Of a stretch of DNA of 64,000 bases, positions 39,645-50,485 are shown piece by piece. How positions within the stretch are numbered: the stretch's first letter is position 1; each line of letters begins with the position of its first letter. Where the stretch lies: positions 89,826 through 153,825 of the forward strand of contig JBHLMQ010000005.1 of NCBI GenBank assembly GCA_048938005.1. The letters run 5' to 3'. The notes below the pieces were generated by a model. It saw only the letters and a program-made list of their open reading frames with translations. It was not told where the DNA came from and did not search any database. A program made the translations under genes and the position numbers. This DNA is from Promethearchaeota archaeon (GTDB taxonomy: Archaea; Asgardarchaeota; Lokiarchaeia; Sigyniarchaeales; SOKP01).

Positions 39645-40469
39645 TTAATTTAACCCAAGAACTTCGCTTGTCGAGTAGATTTTGTTTTCTTTTGCTTGCG
39701 CAATAAATTTTATTGCTTTTATTGCCCCGTTAGCGAAGCATTCTCGACTATGAGCTTGATGTTTCAATTCAATTCTTTCTCCTGGTCCAGCATATAATAT
39801 CGTATGATCTCCCACAATATCGCCCGCTCGAATAGAATGAATTCCAAGTTCATTTTTCGCCCCAACTGAACGTTTATTTGAACCTCTACTACGACCAAAC
39901 TTAGCGATCGCTTCAAAATCAGAACCAAGGGTATTGCTTATTATCTGTCCGATTTTTAATGCTGTTCCACTTGGAGCATCAATCTTTCTATGATGGTGTG
40001 TTTCTAACACTTCAATATCCCAATCAGTTAAATATTCCGTTAGCACAGATGCCATTTTAAATAATATATTAACACCAGTAGCCATATTAGGTGATATTAC
40101 TCCTGGAGCTTTCTTTTTTCTCACAAGTTCTTCAAATTTAGTAAGAAATTCTTCCGATAAAGCAGTAGTACCGATAACACATCTTATCCCCTTTTCTGCA
40201 CATATTAAACAATTTTTTTCAGTCGCTTGCGCCACTGTAAAGTCTACTGCTACATCTGGGCTAGTTACATTAATTACCTCTTGTAGTTTATTTACGTCAT
40301 CTACTTTTATTTTATTTGGATCATTCCCAGCTATAATAAAACCTAACTCATCACCAATATGAGTGATATCACAAGCAGCGACTACATCTATTTCATTGTC
40401 TTTTAGTGCTAAGTTACTAATCAACTTACCCATTGAACCAGTTGGTCCTAAGATTAATAATTTAATCAA
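39645..40469 (-). CDS. dapB: 4-hydroxy-tetrahydrodipicolinate reductase
   Basis: GPTGSMG, VDFT, IGTT, ETHHHRKIDAPSGTA. Confidence 0.96.
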   Translation of the reverse strand: MIKLLILGPTGSMGKLISNLALKDNEIDVVAACDITHIGDELGFIIAGNDPNKIKVDDVNKLQEVINVTSPDVAVDFTVAQATEKNCLICAEKGIRCVIGTTALSEEFLTKFEELVRKKKAPGVISPNMATGVNILFKMASVLTEYLTDWDIEVLETHHHRKIDAPSGTALKIGQIISNTLGSDFEAIAKFGRSRGSNKRSVGAKNELGIHSIRAGDIVGDHTILYAGPGERIELKHQAHSRECFANGAIKAIKFIAQAKENKIYSTSEVLGLN

Positions 40470-40490
40470 AATTGAATCCCTACCTTTTAA

Positions 40491-41390
40491 TTAAATTAGA
40501 TTTAAATTTTCTAATACATTTCTGATTTTCTTTTGATTTTCATCTAATGGTGGAGTAAGCGGCAATCTCATTCTTTTATTCATTATTCCCATAATCTCAG
40601 CAGCAAATTTTACTGGCCCTGGATTTGTTTCGATAAACAGAACCTTAAATAAATCATATAATTCTAATTGCATATTCTTTGCTTTTTTCCAATCATTATT
40701 AAGCATGCTATTTGTAAATTCAACCATTTTTGATGGAATAATATTAGAAGCAACACTAATAACACCTTTTCCACCTAAAGCCATGATATGATACGTCATA
40801 CTGTCATCTCCACTTAAAACTATAAAATCATCTGGAGTGGTCTTTATAATTTTTGTAATTTGATCAATATTTCCACTAGCACATTTTATTCCAATAATGT
40901 TATCTTTTGAATACGCTAATTTTGAGACAGTCTCTGGTTCTAAGTTTCTTCCAGTTCGACTTGGCACATTATACAAAATTATTGGTAAAGATACAGAATC
41001 AGCTATAGTAGAGAAGTGATCTATTAGTGAATGTTGAACGGGTTTATTATAATATGGTACTACGATTAATACCCCATCAGCTCCAATCTTTTCAGCATAC
41101 TGCGATAGAGAAACAGCTTCTTTGGTTGAATTGCTTCCCGCTCCTGCTAAGACAAATGGATTTCTCCCACTTTTTCTTGCTTCATCGACTGCGATGTCCA
41201 TCGCTTTATGATGCTCTTCATGAGACATTGTCGCGCTCTCTCCAGTTGTCCCCATTGTTAATATTTGACACCCATTATCAATTTGAAATCGGATGAATTC
41301 TCTGTATTTTTTTTCATCTAATGATAAATCATCTTTGAATGGTGAGATCATAGCAGTAATTACATTATTTAGTTTATCTATTTTAGACAT
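40491..41390 (-). CDS. dapA: 4-hydroxy-tetrahydrodipicolinate synthase
   Basis: GTTGES, PYYNKP, LYNVPSRTG, GIKCAS, ETNPGPVK. Confidence 0.96.
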   Translation of the reverse strand: MSKIDKLNNVITAMISPFKDDLSLDEKKYREFIRFQIDNGCQILTMGTTGESATMSHEEHHKAMDIAVDEARKSGRNPFVLAGAGSNSTKEAVSLSQYAEKIGADGVLIVVPYYNKPVQHSLIDHFSTIADSVSLPIILYNVPSRTGRNLEPETVSKLAYSKDNIIGIKCASGNIDQITKIIKTTPDDFIVLSGDDSMTYHIMALGGKGVISVASNIIPSKMVEFTNSMLNNDWKKAKNMQLELYDLFKVLFIETNPGPVKFAAEIMGIMNKRMRLPLTPPLDENQKKIRNVLENLNLI

Positions 41391-41579
41391 TTATATCCTC
41401 TCAATTTCATTTTATTCTGTAATTTAAAACATTAACTAGTAAAATTCATATATAAGACTTATTACTAACTTTATAATTTTTAAAAATTGATTTAAAACTG
41501 TTATGTTCTTTTTATATTTAAAGAAAAAAAATAATTGCTAAAGATTAATTTTATTTTTTGAACTAAATATTAAAACATT

Positions 41580-42590
41580 ATGAATATAAATCTATTAGAC
41601 AAATTTCAAGGCTGTTTATTAGGGGTAGCAATAGGAGATGTATTAGGCCATCCTTTTGAAGGGAAACTACGTTCTCAAATATATTCATATTTCGATGATT
41701 TTAATGATTTTATTAAAAAAAACAAATCAATATTTAGAACTTATACCGATGATACACAGTTAACTCTTCACACAGCTCAAGCCCTAATTAAAGGAAATGG
41801 TTTCAATATCGATTATTTTATCAGAGAATATGTTAATTGGTTAGAAGATCCCCCAATTGGTCCTGGTTATGGCTGCATCTCTTCTATCCGTAAGTTAAAA
41901 TATGGTGTTCATTGGAAGCAAGCTGCCTCAAATTCTGGTGGGAACGGTACAACAATGAGGATTTCTCCAATTGGATTATTTTATTGTAAAGATCCCAAAG
42001 GATTAAAATCAAGTGCATTAAAATCTAGTTTAATCACACATTCTCATCCTGCGGCTTCAGCAGGAGCTATTGTAATCGCTAGTGCTATAGCATATTTGAT
42101 TGAAAAAAATCCAGAAGTTGGTTTTTCCACTGATGAGTTTTTTGACGTCATTACCACCTCGATTTCCAACTCTCAGGATGAGATATGGGAGGAATTTATT
42201 AGAATTTTATATAAATTGAAATCAAATTTAAATATCCCAATTCGATCAGGATTGATAAAATTTTCTCAAGCTGGAGTAAAATCGCCCTATTTCATTGAAC
42301 AGTATTTGGGTAAAGCTTTTGTACATCCATATACTATAAGTACAGTGGTTTGTTCAATCTTCATCTTTTTAAAAAGATTAACCTCCTTTAAGGAGTGTAT
42401 TCTCGAACTGGCAACAGCAGGAGGTGATAGCGATACCGTTGGAGCAATTGGAGGAAGTTTAGCTGGGGTCTATTTTGGTTTACAAAACATTCCACCTGAT
42501 TTAATAAAACTGGTTAAAAATAATAAGCAAATCTTGAAATTAAGTGAAGAACTTCATAATAAATTTAATATAAAGTTCCAAAAAGAATAA
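41580..42590 (+). CDS. ADP-ribosylglycohydrolase (DraG/ARH family)
   Basis: AIGDVLG, TDDTQ, GNGTTMRISP, ITH, GGDSDT. Confidence 0.92.
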   Translation: MNINLLDKFQGCLLGVAIGDVLGHPFEGKLRSQIYSYFDDFNDFIKKNKSIFRTYTDDTQLTLHTAQALIKGNGFNIDYFIREYVNWLEDPPIGPGYGCISSIRKLKYGVHWKQAASNSGGNGTTMRISPIGLFYCKDPKGLKSSALKSSLITHSHPAASAGAIVIASAIAYLIEKNPEVGFSTDEFFDVITTSISNSQDEIWEEFIRILYKLKSNLNIPIRSGLIKFSQAGVKSPYFIEQYLGKAFVHPYTISTVVCSIFIFLKRLTSFKECILELATAGGDSDTVGAIGGSLAGVYFGLQNIPPDLIKLVKNNKQILKLSEELHNKFNIKFQKE

Positions 42591-42593
42591 ATA

Positions 42594-43166
42594 TTAAATT
42601 TTTATAAAGTTTTTCAACTTTACTTGGCAAGAATCACAAAATTTCGGAGGTTTTTCATCCGTATCTGCTAAAGAATTTGAGAATCGCATTATACAAAATT
42701 TATTACAATGTCCTAAACCAAAGGTATGTCCAAGTTCGTGAATGGCTTCTTTTAATATCCTTAATTCGAAAAGAGCCATAATTTCAGGTCTTCCATAAAA
42801 ATTTTCTCTTAATCTTGTAATTGAGATCAAAGCCATAATTGGAACTCTCGATATTTTGAATTTTGGGCTCATAGCGATCCCAAATACAAAATTTAAGCCA
42901 TTTGTAAAAATATCCCTATCCATTACACCTAATATTCGAAAATATTGCTTATTCTGATTATATAATATAATGCTATTCAAGACTTTAGAGGCTTCATATT
43001 GCCTTCTAATTGGATTATATTTAGCTTCATCTAAAGGAATTTTTTCTTGAATAATACTGACAGATACATTAAACTCTTTAAATTCTTGTTCAAGATTTTT
43101 CTTTAATTTTATTAAAATTGATTCATCAAATTCTCCTATTTTTAACAATCCAATTGTTTTCTTCAT
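42594..43166 (-). CDS. amzA: archaemetzincin (peptidase M54)
   Basis: HELGHTFGLGHC...CIMRFS...D.K...FCDSC; LNFVFG. Confidence 0.92.
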   Translation of the reverse strand: MKKTIGLLKIGEFDESILIKLKKNLEQEFKEFNVSVSIIQEKIPLDEAKYNPIRRQYEASKVLNSIILYNQNKQYFRILGVMDRDIFTNGLNFVFGIAMSPKFKISRVPIMALISITRLRENFYGRPEIMALFELRILKEAIHELGHTFGLGHCNKFCIMRFSNSLADTDEKPPKFCDSCQVKLKNFIKI

Positions 43167-43393
43167 TTTAAATTATATAATTTAAGAATTATTTTCAATA
43201 TATAATTATCAGTAGAATTTAATACCAAAATCATAGATGCCAATTATTAAATAGATAAACTAAATTGAAAAAATATTTTAATTTTTATTGTTTGTATTAT
43301 ATAACAATTAGAATTTATATCAAGTTGCACAATTATTTATCCCATCTCTCAAATTTGATTTAAATCTTTAAAAAAAGAGGCTCATTTTGTAAA

Positions 43394-43495
43394 GGGAGGG
43401 TGGTCTAGCTTGGTATGATACTATAGGGAGTTTCTCTATAGCATGATTCTTGGTTTGGGACCAAGGGGTCGGGGGTTCAAATCCCCCCTCTCCCA
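43394..43495 (+). tRNA. tRNA-Pro(TGG) with 28-nt intron at position 25/26 (43420-43447)
   Basis: Acceptor GGGAGGG/CTCTCCC, anticodon arm CTTGG-TTTGGGA-CCAAG, T-arm GGGGG-TTCAAAT-CCCCC, BHB-type junction; CCA not encoded. Confidence 0.93.
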
Positions 43496-43533
43496 TTTTT
43501 TATTTGTATTATTTTACGTTCTCAAAATAGTGT

Positions 43534-43821
43534 TTAGAGATCTACAAAATCTTCTATTTCTATTGAGTTTTCTTTATTAAAGTAAACCTCCGGAATTAAT
43601 TCTTGAATTGATGAAAACAAATTCAGAATAATAGCTGGTCTTTTAGAGATTACTATATAATATCTTAAAATTTTACTAAATTTAGAGATTTTGATATTAT
43701 CTTTAAAAAAATGAAATAACTGTTGAATATCTTTGTCAAAATCGGAACTTTTTGGTATCCAAGCAACAATTCTCTTTTTTTTAGATGATTTATTTGGTTT
43801 AATTTTTAATATCAATTTCAT
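43534..43821 (-). CDS. hypothetical protein
   Basis: 95-aa ORF with GGAG SD. Confidence 0.6.
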   Translation of the reverse strand: MKLILKIKPNKSSKKKRIVAWIPKSSDFDKDIQQLFHFFKDNIKISKFSKILRYYIVISKRPAIILNLFSSIQELIPEVYFNKENSIEIEDFVDL

Positions 43822-44064
43822 TTAACAATACTCCGATATTAATTCCGACATTTAATTTAGTTATTAGCCTAAATATTTAAACATGGATCATTTTAATGAA
43901 AAAATATTCTTATAAAGCTTAGAAATGAAGTTAAAAATGAATTAACTATAAAATCAACAGTTTATTTGTATTATTTTCCAAAAATTATGTATTAGAGCTT
44001 TTTAAACTCCTATTAAATACTTAAATTTGTAATTATAGAATAATGAATTTATAATCGGTATATT

Positions 44065-44865
44065 ATGTTGAACTCAAAAGATTTAGAAATTTCAGGCTTA
44101 AAATCTAATAATTCAAAATTGAAAAAGATATTAATTTTAATTTTAAGTTTAGGTCCAATTTCTTTTTTAATGAAATATGTGTCAGAATGGACACACGAGT
44201 TTCTTGGTCATTGTGGAATAGGATTTTTAGTTGGAGGTGAGCCAATAAGTTATTATGTTTCATGGATCTGGCCATTAGAATTTGGTTATGCATTAGTTTC
44301 ATTTCCAATAGGAACAAGTAATATTTCAAAGGCACTGACGGCTAGTGGGGGGATTATTACTTGTCTGATAGCAGCTATTTCCTGTAATATTACTATATAT
44401 TTTGTGTTAAGAAAAAAGAAATTTAAATCAAATATATTGTATATTATGTTTCATATAGTTTTTTGGTATGGATTTTGGGCATTTATGAACTCAACTGGTT
44501 ATTTATTAATTGGAAGTTTATTAAATTTTGGAGATATTCAGAATATTGCGAATTATGCTCAAATTTCACATTGGATTTTTCTAATCCCTGGATTTTTAGC
44601 GTTAATCCTTATTTATTATCTAATTTCCATTAATGTCGGATTAGTATTTAAACCAATATTAAAATTAAAAGGTAGATGGATATTATTTATATTTTGGTTA
44701 TTAATTCCTTTGATTTTTGTGTTGTTTTCTTTAAATCCTTCTATAGCTATTTCACTTAACTTATTTTTCATTATTTTTCCCTTAATGTTTATACCTAGTA
44801 TAATTTCATTATTTATTTCAAATAGGGTTTTTTCTTATTTTTTTTTAAAAACAGAAATTTATTAA
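44065..44865 (+). CDS. M50-like membrane metallopeptidase family protein
   Basis: Multi-TM; HEFLGH, ASGG and a later FGD motif. Confidence 0.6.
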   Translation: MLNSKDLEISGLKSNNSKLKKILILILSLGPISFLMKYVSEWTHEFLGHCGIGFLVGGEPISYYVSWIWPLEFGYALVSFPIGTSNISKALTASGGIITCLIAAISCNITIYFVLRKKKFKSNILYIMFHIVFWYGFWAFMNSTGYLLIGSLLNFGDIQNIANYAQISHWIFLIPGFLALILIYYLISINVGLVFKPILKLKGRWILFIFWLLIPLIFVLFSLNPSIAISLNLFFIIFPLMFIPSIISLFISNRVFSYFFLKTEIY

Positions 44866-44921
44866 AAATATCAACTATAGCTTCACCCTCTAAAGTTGGA
44901 TCTTTATCTGTTAGGTAGATT

Positions 44922-45464
44922 TTAAGTTAAAGAATTCAATTTCTTTAAATCATTAATATTATCAGGAAGATAATCAATTCCACCAAATTCTTTTATAACT
45001 ATTGAAATTAATTTAGATTTCAATTTTCGATTAAGATTAGGATAGGTCATTTGATATTCACCACCAATACTCTCACAATCATCTTCAATTAGTATATCTG
45101 GTTTAGCTTCTTCAATTGGTAAATTCCAATCCTTTTCTTTTCGGTAAAATATCGGTCCTTTAGGAAAATCATATTTTTTTAAAACTATCTCATCCTTTTT
45201 AACATTTTGAAGAGATCTATGAGAACTTAGATATAAAATCATAGCTCCTTGATTTTGCCATGTAGTTAATTTTTTAACAACATTACCAATTGGAATATAT
45301 GAAACAAAGTCAGAAATTGAATCATCAACATCATCTATAATTTGTTGTATTATCTCATCTCTTGAAAGCCCTAAAGCATTCCTATGCATGATACTAGTTC
45401 CATGTAGGAATACTAGAATCCTTGGTTTCTTTTTACTTTTTAATTTTTTTTTTATTTTTATCAC
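44922..45464 (-). CDS. HAD-like hypothetical protein
   Basis: LVFLHGT (degenerate DxD), YLSS, PDILIEDD. Confidence 0.55.
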   Translation of the reverse strand: MIKIKKKLKSKKKPRILVFLHGTSIMHRNALGLSRDEIIQQIIDDVDDSISDFVSYIPIGNVVKKLTTWQNQGAMILYLSSHRSLQNVKKDEIVLKKYDFPKGPIFYRKEKDWNLPIEEAKPDILIEDDCESIGGEYQMTYPNLNRKLKSKLISIVIKEFGGIDYLPDNINDLKKLNSLT

Positions 45465-46534
45465 TCATAAAGAGATTTTCTTAATTCCCCTACTATTTTT
45501 TCAATTTTTTTATCCTTTATCCAGTATCTGATTTTTGGAGAACTGAGGAATGTTTGAATTTTTTGATTTAATTCATTTAATTTTTTCTTATCTTCTTTAG
45601 ATAGTTGAGGTATTTTTTCTTCTATTATCTCTTTTAATTTTTTAACTTCCTCTTTAATAATAGGGATCTGTATTTGTTGCTTGCCTTGAATCAACGCTTT
45701 TCTCAGTATTTCTTTTATACTTTTTATCCAGCCCTGAATCCAAGGATAGCTTCCTATCTTTTTTGGATCATTTATTATCACTTCTTTTCTATTAACAATT
45801 ATCAAATCATCTGGGCATGAATTTTCACATGCTCCACAATAAAAACACTCATTTTCATTACAGGCAATTTTGCCATATTTTTTAACATCTTCTGCGCTTT
45901 CAGGAATAAAAAAGGATTCTGTAGGGCAAATATTAACACAAGCTTTACATCCTTGTGGATCACATTTATGGAGCATATTTTTTTTTATAATTACTTCTCC
46001 TTTGATTGGAGAATCAATAAAAAAACAGTGAACGGGGCATTCATTTTGAATTTTATAATAATCTCTTATATTATTTCTATCTCTTACGTTCAAACATAAT
46101 TGACAGATCTCATTTTTAGAATCTTCAATGCATTTTTTCATGTCTATCTTGAAAAATTTCCCAATTGAAGGGAATTCATCAAGATCAATTTGTTCTTCTG
46201 GTATAATATTTTCATGAAATGCATCATTTGGACAAATTACTGCACACAACATACAATAACAACATTTTTCATAATCTATTAGGATTTTTGGGTTTGATTC
46301 ATTTAAAATTTCTTGAGCAATTTCAGGAATTGGTCCGAGTTCTATTGCATCAGCAGGACATACAATTTTACATAATGAACATCCTATGCATTTTTTTATA
46401 TCATATGTAAGTTTCTTATCGACATTTTGATACTTCCAATTAAATATTAATTGCTCGGGCGTAACCTCAATAGCCTTCTCAATTATAGCTTCTTCTCCTT
46501 CATGGCTTTCATCATTAGTTATTGGTTGCGAAAT
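45461..46534 (-). CDS. polyferredoxin (FwdF-like)
   Basis: Multiple CxxCxxCxxxCP motifs. GGAGGAG-7nt-ATT (46534) is preferred over TTG 46594. Confidence 0.85.
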   Translation of the reverse strand: MSQPITNDESHEGEEAIIEKAIEVTPEQLIFNWKYQNVDKKLTYDIKKCIGCSLCKIVCPADAIELGPIPEIAQEILNESNPKILIDYEKCCYCMLCAVICPNDAFHENIIPEEQIDLDEFPSIGKFFKIDMKKCIEDSKNEICQLCLNVRDRNNIRDYYKIQNECPVHCFFIDSPIKGEVIIKKNMLHKCDPQGCKACVNICPTESFFIPESAEDVKKYGKIACNENECFYCGACENSCPDDLIIVNRKEVIINDPKKIGSYPWIQGWIKSIKEILRKALIQGKQQIQIPIIKEEVKKLKEIIEEKIPQLSKEDKKKLNELNQKIQTFLSSPKIRYWIKDKKIEKIVGELRKSLYE

Positions 46535-46806
46535 ATTGTAACTCCTCCATTTGTTGAAATAATTATTATATAACTTTACTTGTTTAAAATTCAATAAAAT
46601 TGTAATAAATTATGAAAAATAAAAGACTACTCTCTAAGTTCTTTTAAATATAATGTAAAAAAAAATTTTCGATATTAGTTTACTAACAATCTTTGTATTT
46701 ATACCTTTAAGTTATAAGTAATAATCCATAGAACGATTTTTTAAAAGTTAAAGCATTGGAAAAAGCATAAAACTAGAATTTTGATCTTCCTTATATATCC
46801 CTATTA

Positions 46807-47307
46807 TTAAGAATAATAATCGTAGCTCTCTTGATCAAAATTATATATATATTCAATTGGAATTCCCTCGGGGCTAAGATCTGGAGGAGCATAGATTAAT
46901 CGTAAATTAGGAAAATAAGTTCCGATACCATTTTTTGCAAGAATTATCGCAGGGTGGTCCGTTTCCTTAAAAACTTTCTCACTTATCCTAAGTGTAATAG
47001 TTCTACACTGTTGTTCATCTAGAACACCCAATGAATGAATGTATTCATGTAAGAGAATGTGATAGGTGTAAGCCCAAACAATATTATAAGGTTGTTCCTT
47101 TAAGATGATTTTTAGGGGAGTTTTATTCATGACAATATCCGTTCCTGGATTGAAATGCATTCCACCTATGAAACCTCCTCTGTACATACCCATCTCGACA
47201 AGACCAAGACTTAAACCTGCTCTGTGCCGCCTATAAACTTTCCTTACATCTTTTTTAACTCGGGTAAATATAACAGGCATTTCTTTCTTTAACTCTTTCA
47301 GTTTCAT
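46807..47307 (-). CDS. minimal zincin-like (HEXXH) protein
   Basis: HILLHEYIHSLG; last gene of the Hsp20-Cdc48-ArsR run. Confidence 0.75.
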   Translation of the reverse strand: MKLKELKKEMPVIFTRVKKDVRKVYRRHRAGLSLGLVEMGMYRGGFIGGMHFNPGTDIVMNKTPLKIILKEQPYNIVWAYTYHILLHEYIHSLGVLDEQQCRTITLRISEKVFKETDHPAIILAKNGIGTYFPNLRLIYAPPDLSPEGIPIEYIYNFDQESYDYYS

Positions 47308-47352
47308 GGTTCACTTAATAATATTAGATATTTTAATTTTAAAAAGATGGAA

Positions 47353-48138
47353 TTAAATGTCAAAAAACCAATCATCCTCATCTTCTCTTAGGAAATCCAT
47401 CAAATTAGATAAATCTCTCAAAAGATGCTGTATGGAAACCTTATGTTGATCCCTTCGTATAGGCCCCATTTCGGAAAAGAACATATCATCAAGTAATTTA
47501 TCAATATTTATTCTGTTGAAATATTTTATTGGATTGTAAAAAAGTGTATAAAAAATTTCTTTCTCTAAATTAGGTTGCTCTTTTGTTCTGAGATCATCTT
47601 CATACTGATCTCTGATTATCTTTTTTAGTTCTATAATAAAACATTCTTTGTTACGCAATAAAGAATTTCTTTTTGCTTCTAAATCTCCGATGTCTTGTTC
47701 AATATTCATTATTTTTTCTCCTAAAAATCTGAGTTTCTTATCAGGATTCTTGATTTTTTGATAATCTATATGATATCCAGTATCTTGAAGTTTTAAACTT
47801 TTTTTTATATCTTCTACTTTTGCTACATTATAATTTATATTATAGTAATCAGGAGTGATATCTATTCGTAAAGATAGGTTGCTCTTAATATGATATTTTA
47901 TATTCCTAGGATCTTCACCGAAGCTTTCAATGATCCCGTAATCGGAAAGCATTTTAAGCTGACTATGGATTGCTTGTCTGGAAATCTTTTTCCCAAATGA
48001 TGCTGCTAATTCTGATGCTCCCAACGGAACTTTAGCTAGTTTAGAAAGAATAATTCTTCTTGTAGGATTGCCTAATATTTCAAGTAAATTATCCATACTA
48101 AGAAATACATCATTTCCTTCCTGTTCTTCTAATTCCAT
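47353..48138 (-). CDS. ArsR-type HTH regulator, Phr/HSR1-like heat-shock repressor
   Basis: LGNPTRRIILSKL...ISRQAIHSQLKML..GII plus a coiled coil; operon context with Cdc48 and Hsp20. Confidence 0.8.
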   Translation of the reverse strand: MELEEQEGNDVFLSMDNLLEILGNPTRRIILSKLAKVPLGASELAASFGKKISRQAIHSQLKMLSDYGIIESFGEDPRNIKYHIKSNLSLRIDITPDYYNINYNVAKVEDIKKSLKLQDTGYHIDYQKIKNPDKKLRFLGEKIMNIEQDIGDLEAKRNSLLRNKECFIIELKKIIRDQYEDDLRTKEQPNLEKEIFYTLFYNPIKYFNRINIDKLLDDMFFSEMGPIRRDQHKVSIQHLLRDLSNLMDFLREDEDDWFFDI

Positions 48139-48188
48139 TCTTACTCACTCCTTATTTGGTTTAACATTTTTCATTTTAAGAGAAAAAT

Positions 48189-50414
48189 TTATCTATATAA
48201 TTCTTCCGATGGCTCTTTTGCATACATTTCATGAGATTTTTTTGCTTTATCGGCTGATTTTAATATTTTTTCCATAGACTCATCAAATTCTGCTTTTGAA
48301 ATTTTAACAACTTTAACAGAATCCGCATTTTGAGTGTTGATATTTGTATTAGCAACAGCTCTTCGGATTGTTAAGAGTGTAGCTTCTTCACATATAGCTT
48401 GAATATCGGCACCTGTATATCCTTCTAGATTTTGTGCCATTTGATTAATATCTACATCTGAGGCTAAAGGTTTATTTTTGAGATGAATTTTAAATATTTC
48501 AATTCGTGTATCTTTATCTGGCATAGGTATCTCAATATGTCTACCAAATCTGCCTGACCGTAATAACGCTGGGTCAAGCATATCTGGTCTATTAGTTGCT
48601 GCTAGTAAAATAACCTCTTTTAAGCCTTCTAAACCATCCATTTCTGTCAATAATTGTGAAACAACTTGTTCAGTTACTTGAGAGCTAGCAAATCTACCTC
48701 TCATTCCTGCTATCGCATCAATTTCATCAAAGAATATAATACATGGGGATGCCGCTCTAGCTTTTCGAAATGTTTCTCTTACTGCTTTCTCACTTTCACC
48801 TACCCATTTAGATAAAAATTCAGGTCCTTTTACTGAAATAAAATTAACTTCACTTTCATGAGCTAATGCCTTAGCCAATAAAGTTTTTCCAGTTCCAGGG
48901 GGTCCAAATAGTAGAATTCCATTTGGAGGTTTAGAATGTAAATGGCTATATAATTCTGGATATTTTAAAGGCCATTCTATTACTTCTTTTAATTGTTGTT
49001 TTGCTTCTTCTAAGCCTCCGATATCATCCCAGGTTTCAGTAGGTTGACTTATTAAAACTTCCCTTAAAGCAGAAGGTTCAATACTATTTAATGCTGTTCC
49101 AAAATTCTTCATTTTAATTTGAAGATCAACTAAAACTTCAGGAGGAATAGGTTTATCCAAATTAATTTTTGGTAATATTTCTCTTATTGCTAACATAGCG
49201 GCTTCTTTTGCTAACGATTCTACATCTGCGCCGACAAAACCGTGAGTTTTTTCAGCCATAAGACGGAGATCAACATCATCGTATAAGGGCATTCCACGAG
49301 TGTGAATCAATAAGATTTCGTATCGACCGTCTGTATCGGGAACACCAATCTCGATTTCTCTGTCAAATCTTCCAGGTCGTCTAAGTGCTGGATCAATATC
49401 ATTTACCCTATTTGTTGCTCCAATAACAATGATTTCACCTCTCCCTTCTAAACCATCCAATAGTGATAATAATTGAGCAACGACTCTTCGTTCAACTTCA
49501 CCAGTGACTTCACCGCGCTTAGGAGCTATTGAATCTAATTCATCAATAAATATTATTGAAGGTGCCATTTCTTTAGCTTCTTCAAATACTTTACGGAGAT
49601 TTTCTTCGCTTTGACCATAAAATTTGCTCATAATTTCAGGTCCACTAATTGTTATAAAATGTGCTTCAGTCTCATAAGCAACAGCTCTTGCTAGTAATGT
49701 CTTTCCTGTACCCGGAGGTCCATGTAATAGTACTCCCTTTGGAGGATCGATTCCTATTCTTTTAAATAATTCAGGATGTCTTATCGGTAATTCAATCATT
49801 TCCCGTATTTTCTGAATCTCCTCCTCTAATCCTCCAATATCTTCATAAGTAACTCTCCTTGCCTCTAATGCTTCAAGCTCCTTATGAGTTTTTTCTGAAA
49901 TAGCAATTTTTGTATCTAAATGAATCCTAACAGCATCTGCTCTAGGAAAATAATCTATAACTATAAAATCAATCCTTCGACCCATTGCATTAAAACTCAA
50001 AATATCTCCCTTTGTAATAACACGATTTTCCAACATCCTTACTAGTTGCTCGGATCTCCTTAAAATAACTGATTCTTCCAACCCAGCAAACGTTATCCTA
50101 TCTGCTAAACTTGCTTCAATTTTTCGAATTTCTACAATATCATCTAAAGAAGCACCAATATTCCGTCTTAATGAAGAATCTATTCTAATCGTATTTGTAC
50201 CCTTATCTTCTAACTTTCCAGGATATAGCAAGGCTGCTGTTTTCTTTCCTGCTAAATTATGGGAGATTTCAATCACATCCCCGGTTCTAAGCTCAAGTTC
50301 ATCAATTACATCAGGATCCATTCTTATCCTACCTCTACCAGCATCTCCCTTGTAAGCATCTTTTATCCTTACTTTCCTTCCATCTCCTCTATACTCTCGT
50401 GTTATTCCACTCAT
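48189..50414 (-). CDS. cdc48: CDC48/VAT AAA+ ATPase
   Basis: N-domain ([10 protein letters not shown]) and two AAA modules with [16 protein letters not shown] and SRH motifs; C-terminal LYR. Confidence 0.96.
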   Translation of the reverse strand: MSGITREYRGDGRKVRIKDAYKGDAGRGRIRMDPDVIDELELRTGDVIEISHNLAGKKTAALLYPGKLEDKGTNTIRIDSSLRRNIGASLDDIVEIRKIEASLADRITFAGLEESVILRRSEQLVRMLENRVITKGDILSFNAMGRRIDFIVIDYFPRADAVRIHLDTKIAISEKTHKELEALEARRVTYEDIGGLEEEIQKIREMIELPIRHPELFKRIGIDPPKGVLLHGPPGTGKTLLARAVAYETEAHFITISGPEIMSKFYGQSEENLRKVFEEAKEMAPSIIFIDELDSIAPKRGEVTGEVERRVVAQLLSLLDGLEGRGEIIVIGATNRVNDIDPALRRPGRFDREIEIGVPDTDGRYEILLIHTRGMPLYDDVDLRLMAEKTHGFVGADVESLAKEAAMLAIREILPKINLDKPIPPEVLVDLQIKMKNFGTALNSIEPSALREVLISQPTETWDDIGGLEEAKQQLKEVIEWPLKYPELYSHLHSKPPNGILLFGPPGTGKTLLAKALAHESEVNFISVKGPEFLSKWVGESEKAVRETFRKARAASPCIIFFDEIDAIAGMRGRFASSQVTEQVVSQLLTEMDGLEGLKEVILLAATNRPDMLDPALLRSGRFGRHIEIPMPDKDTRIEIFKIHLKNKPLASDVDINQMAQNLEGYTGADIQAICEEATLLTIRRAVANTNINTQNADSVKVVKISKAEFDESMEKILKSADKAKKSHEMYAKEPSEELYR

Positions 50415-50485
50415 TCTTTTTCATCACTCTTAATTTATTTTTGGTTAAATTTATAATATTTATTATTACAATTTATTATTAATTC

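Noticed and set aside
43394-44865. tRNA-Pro as an integration site
   Set aside because: No duplicate of the tRNA 3' end was noticed in the window and there is no integrase nearby.
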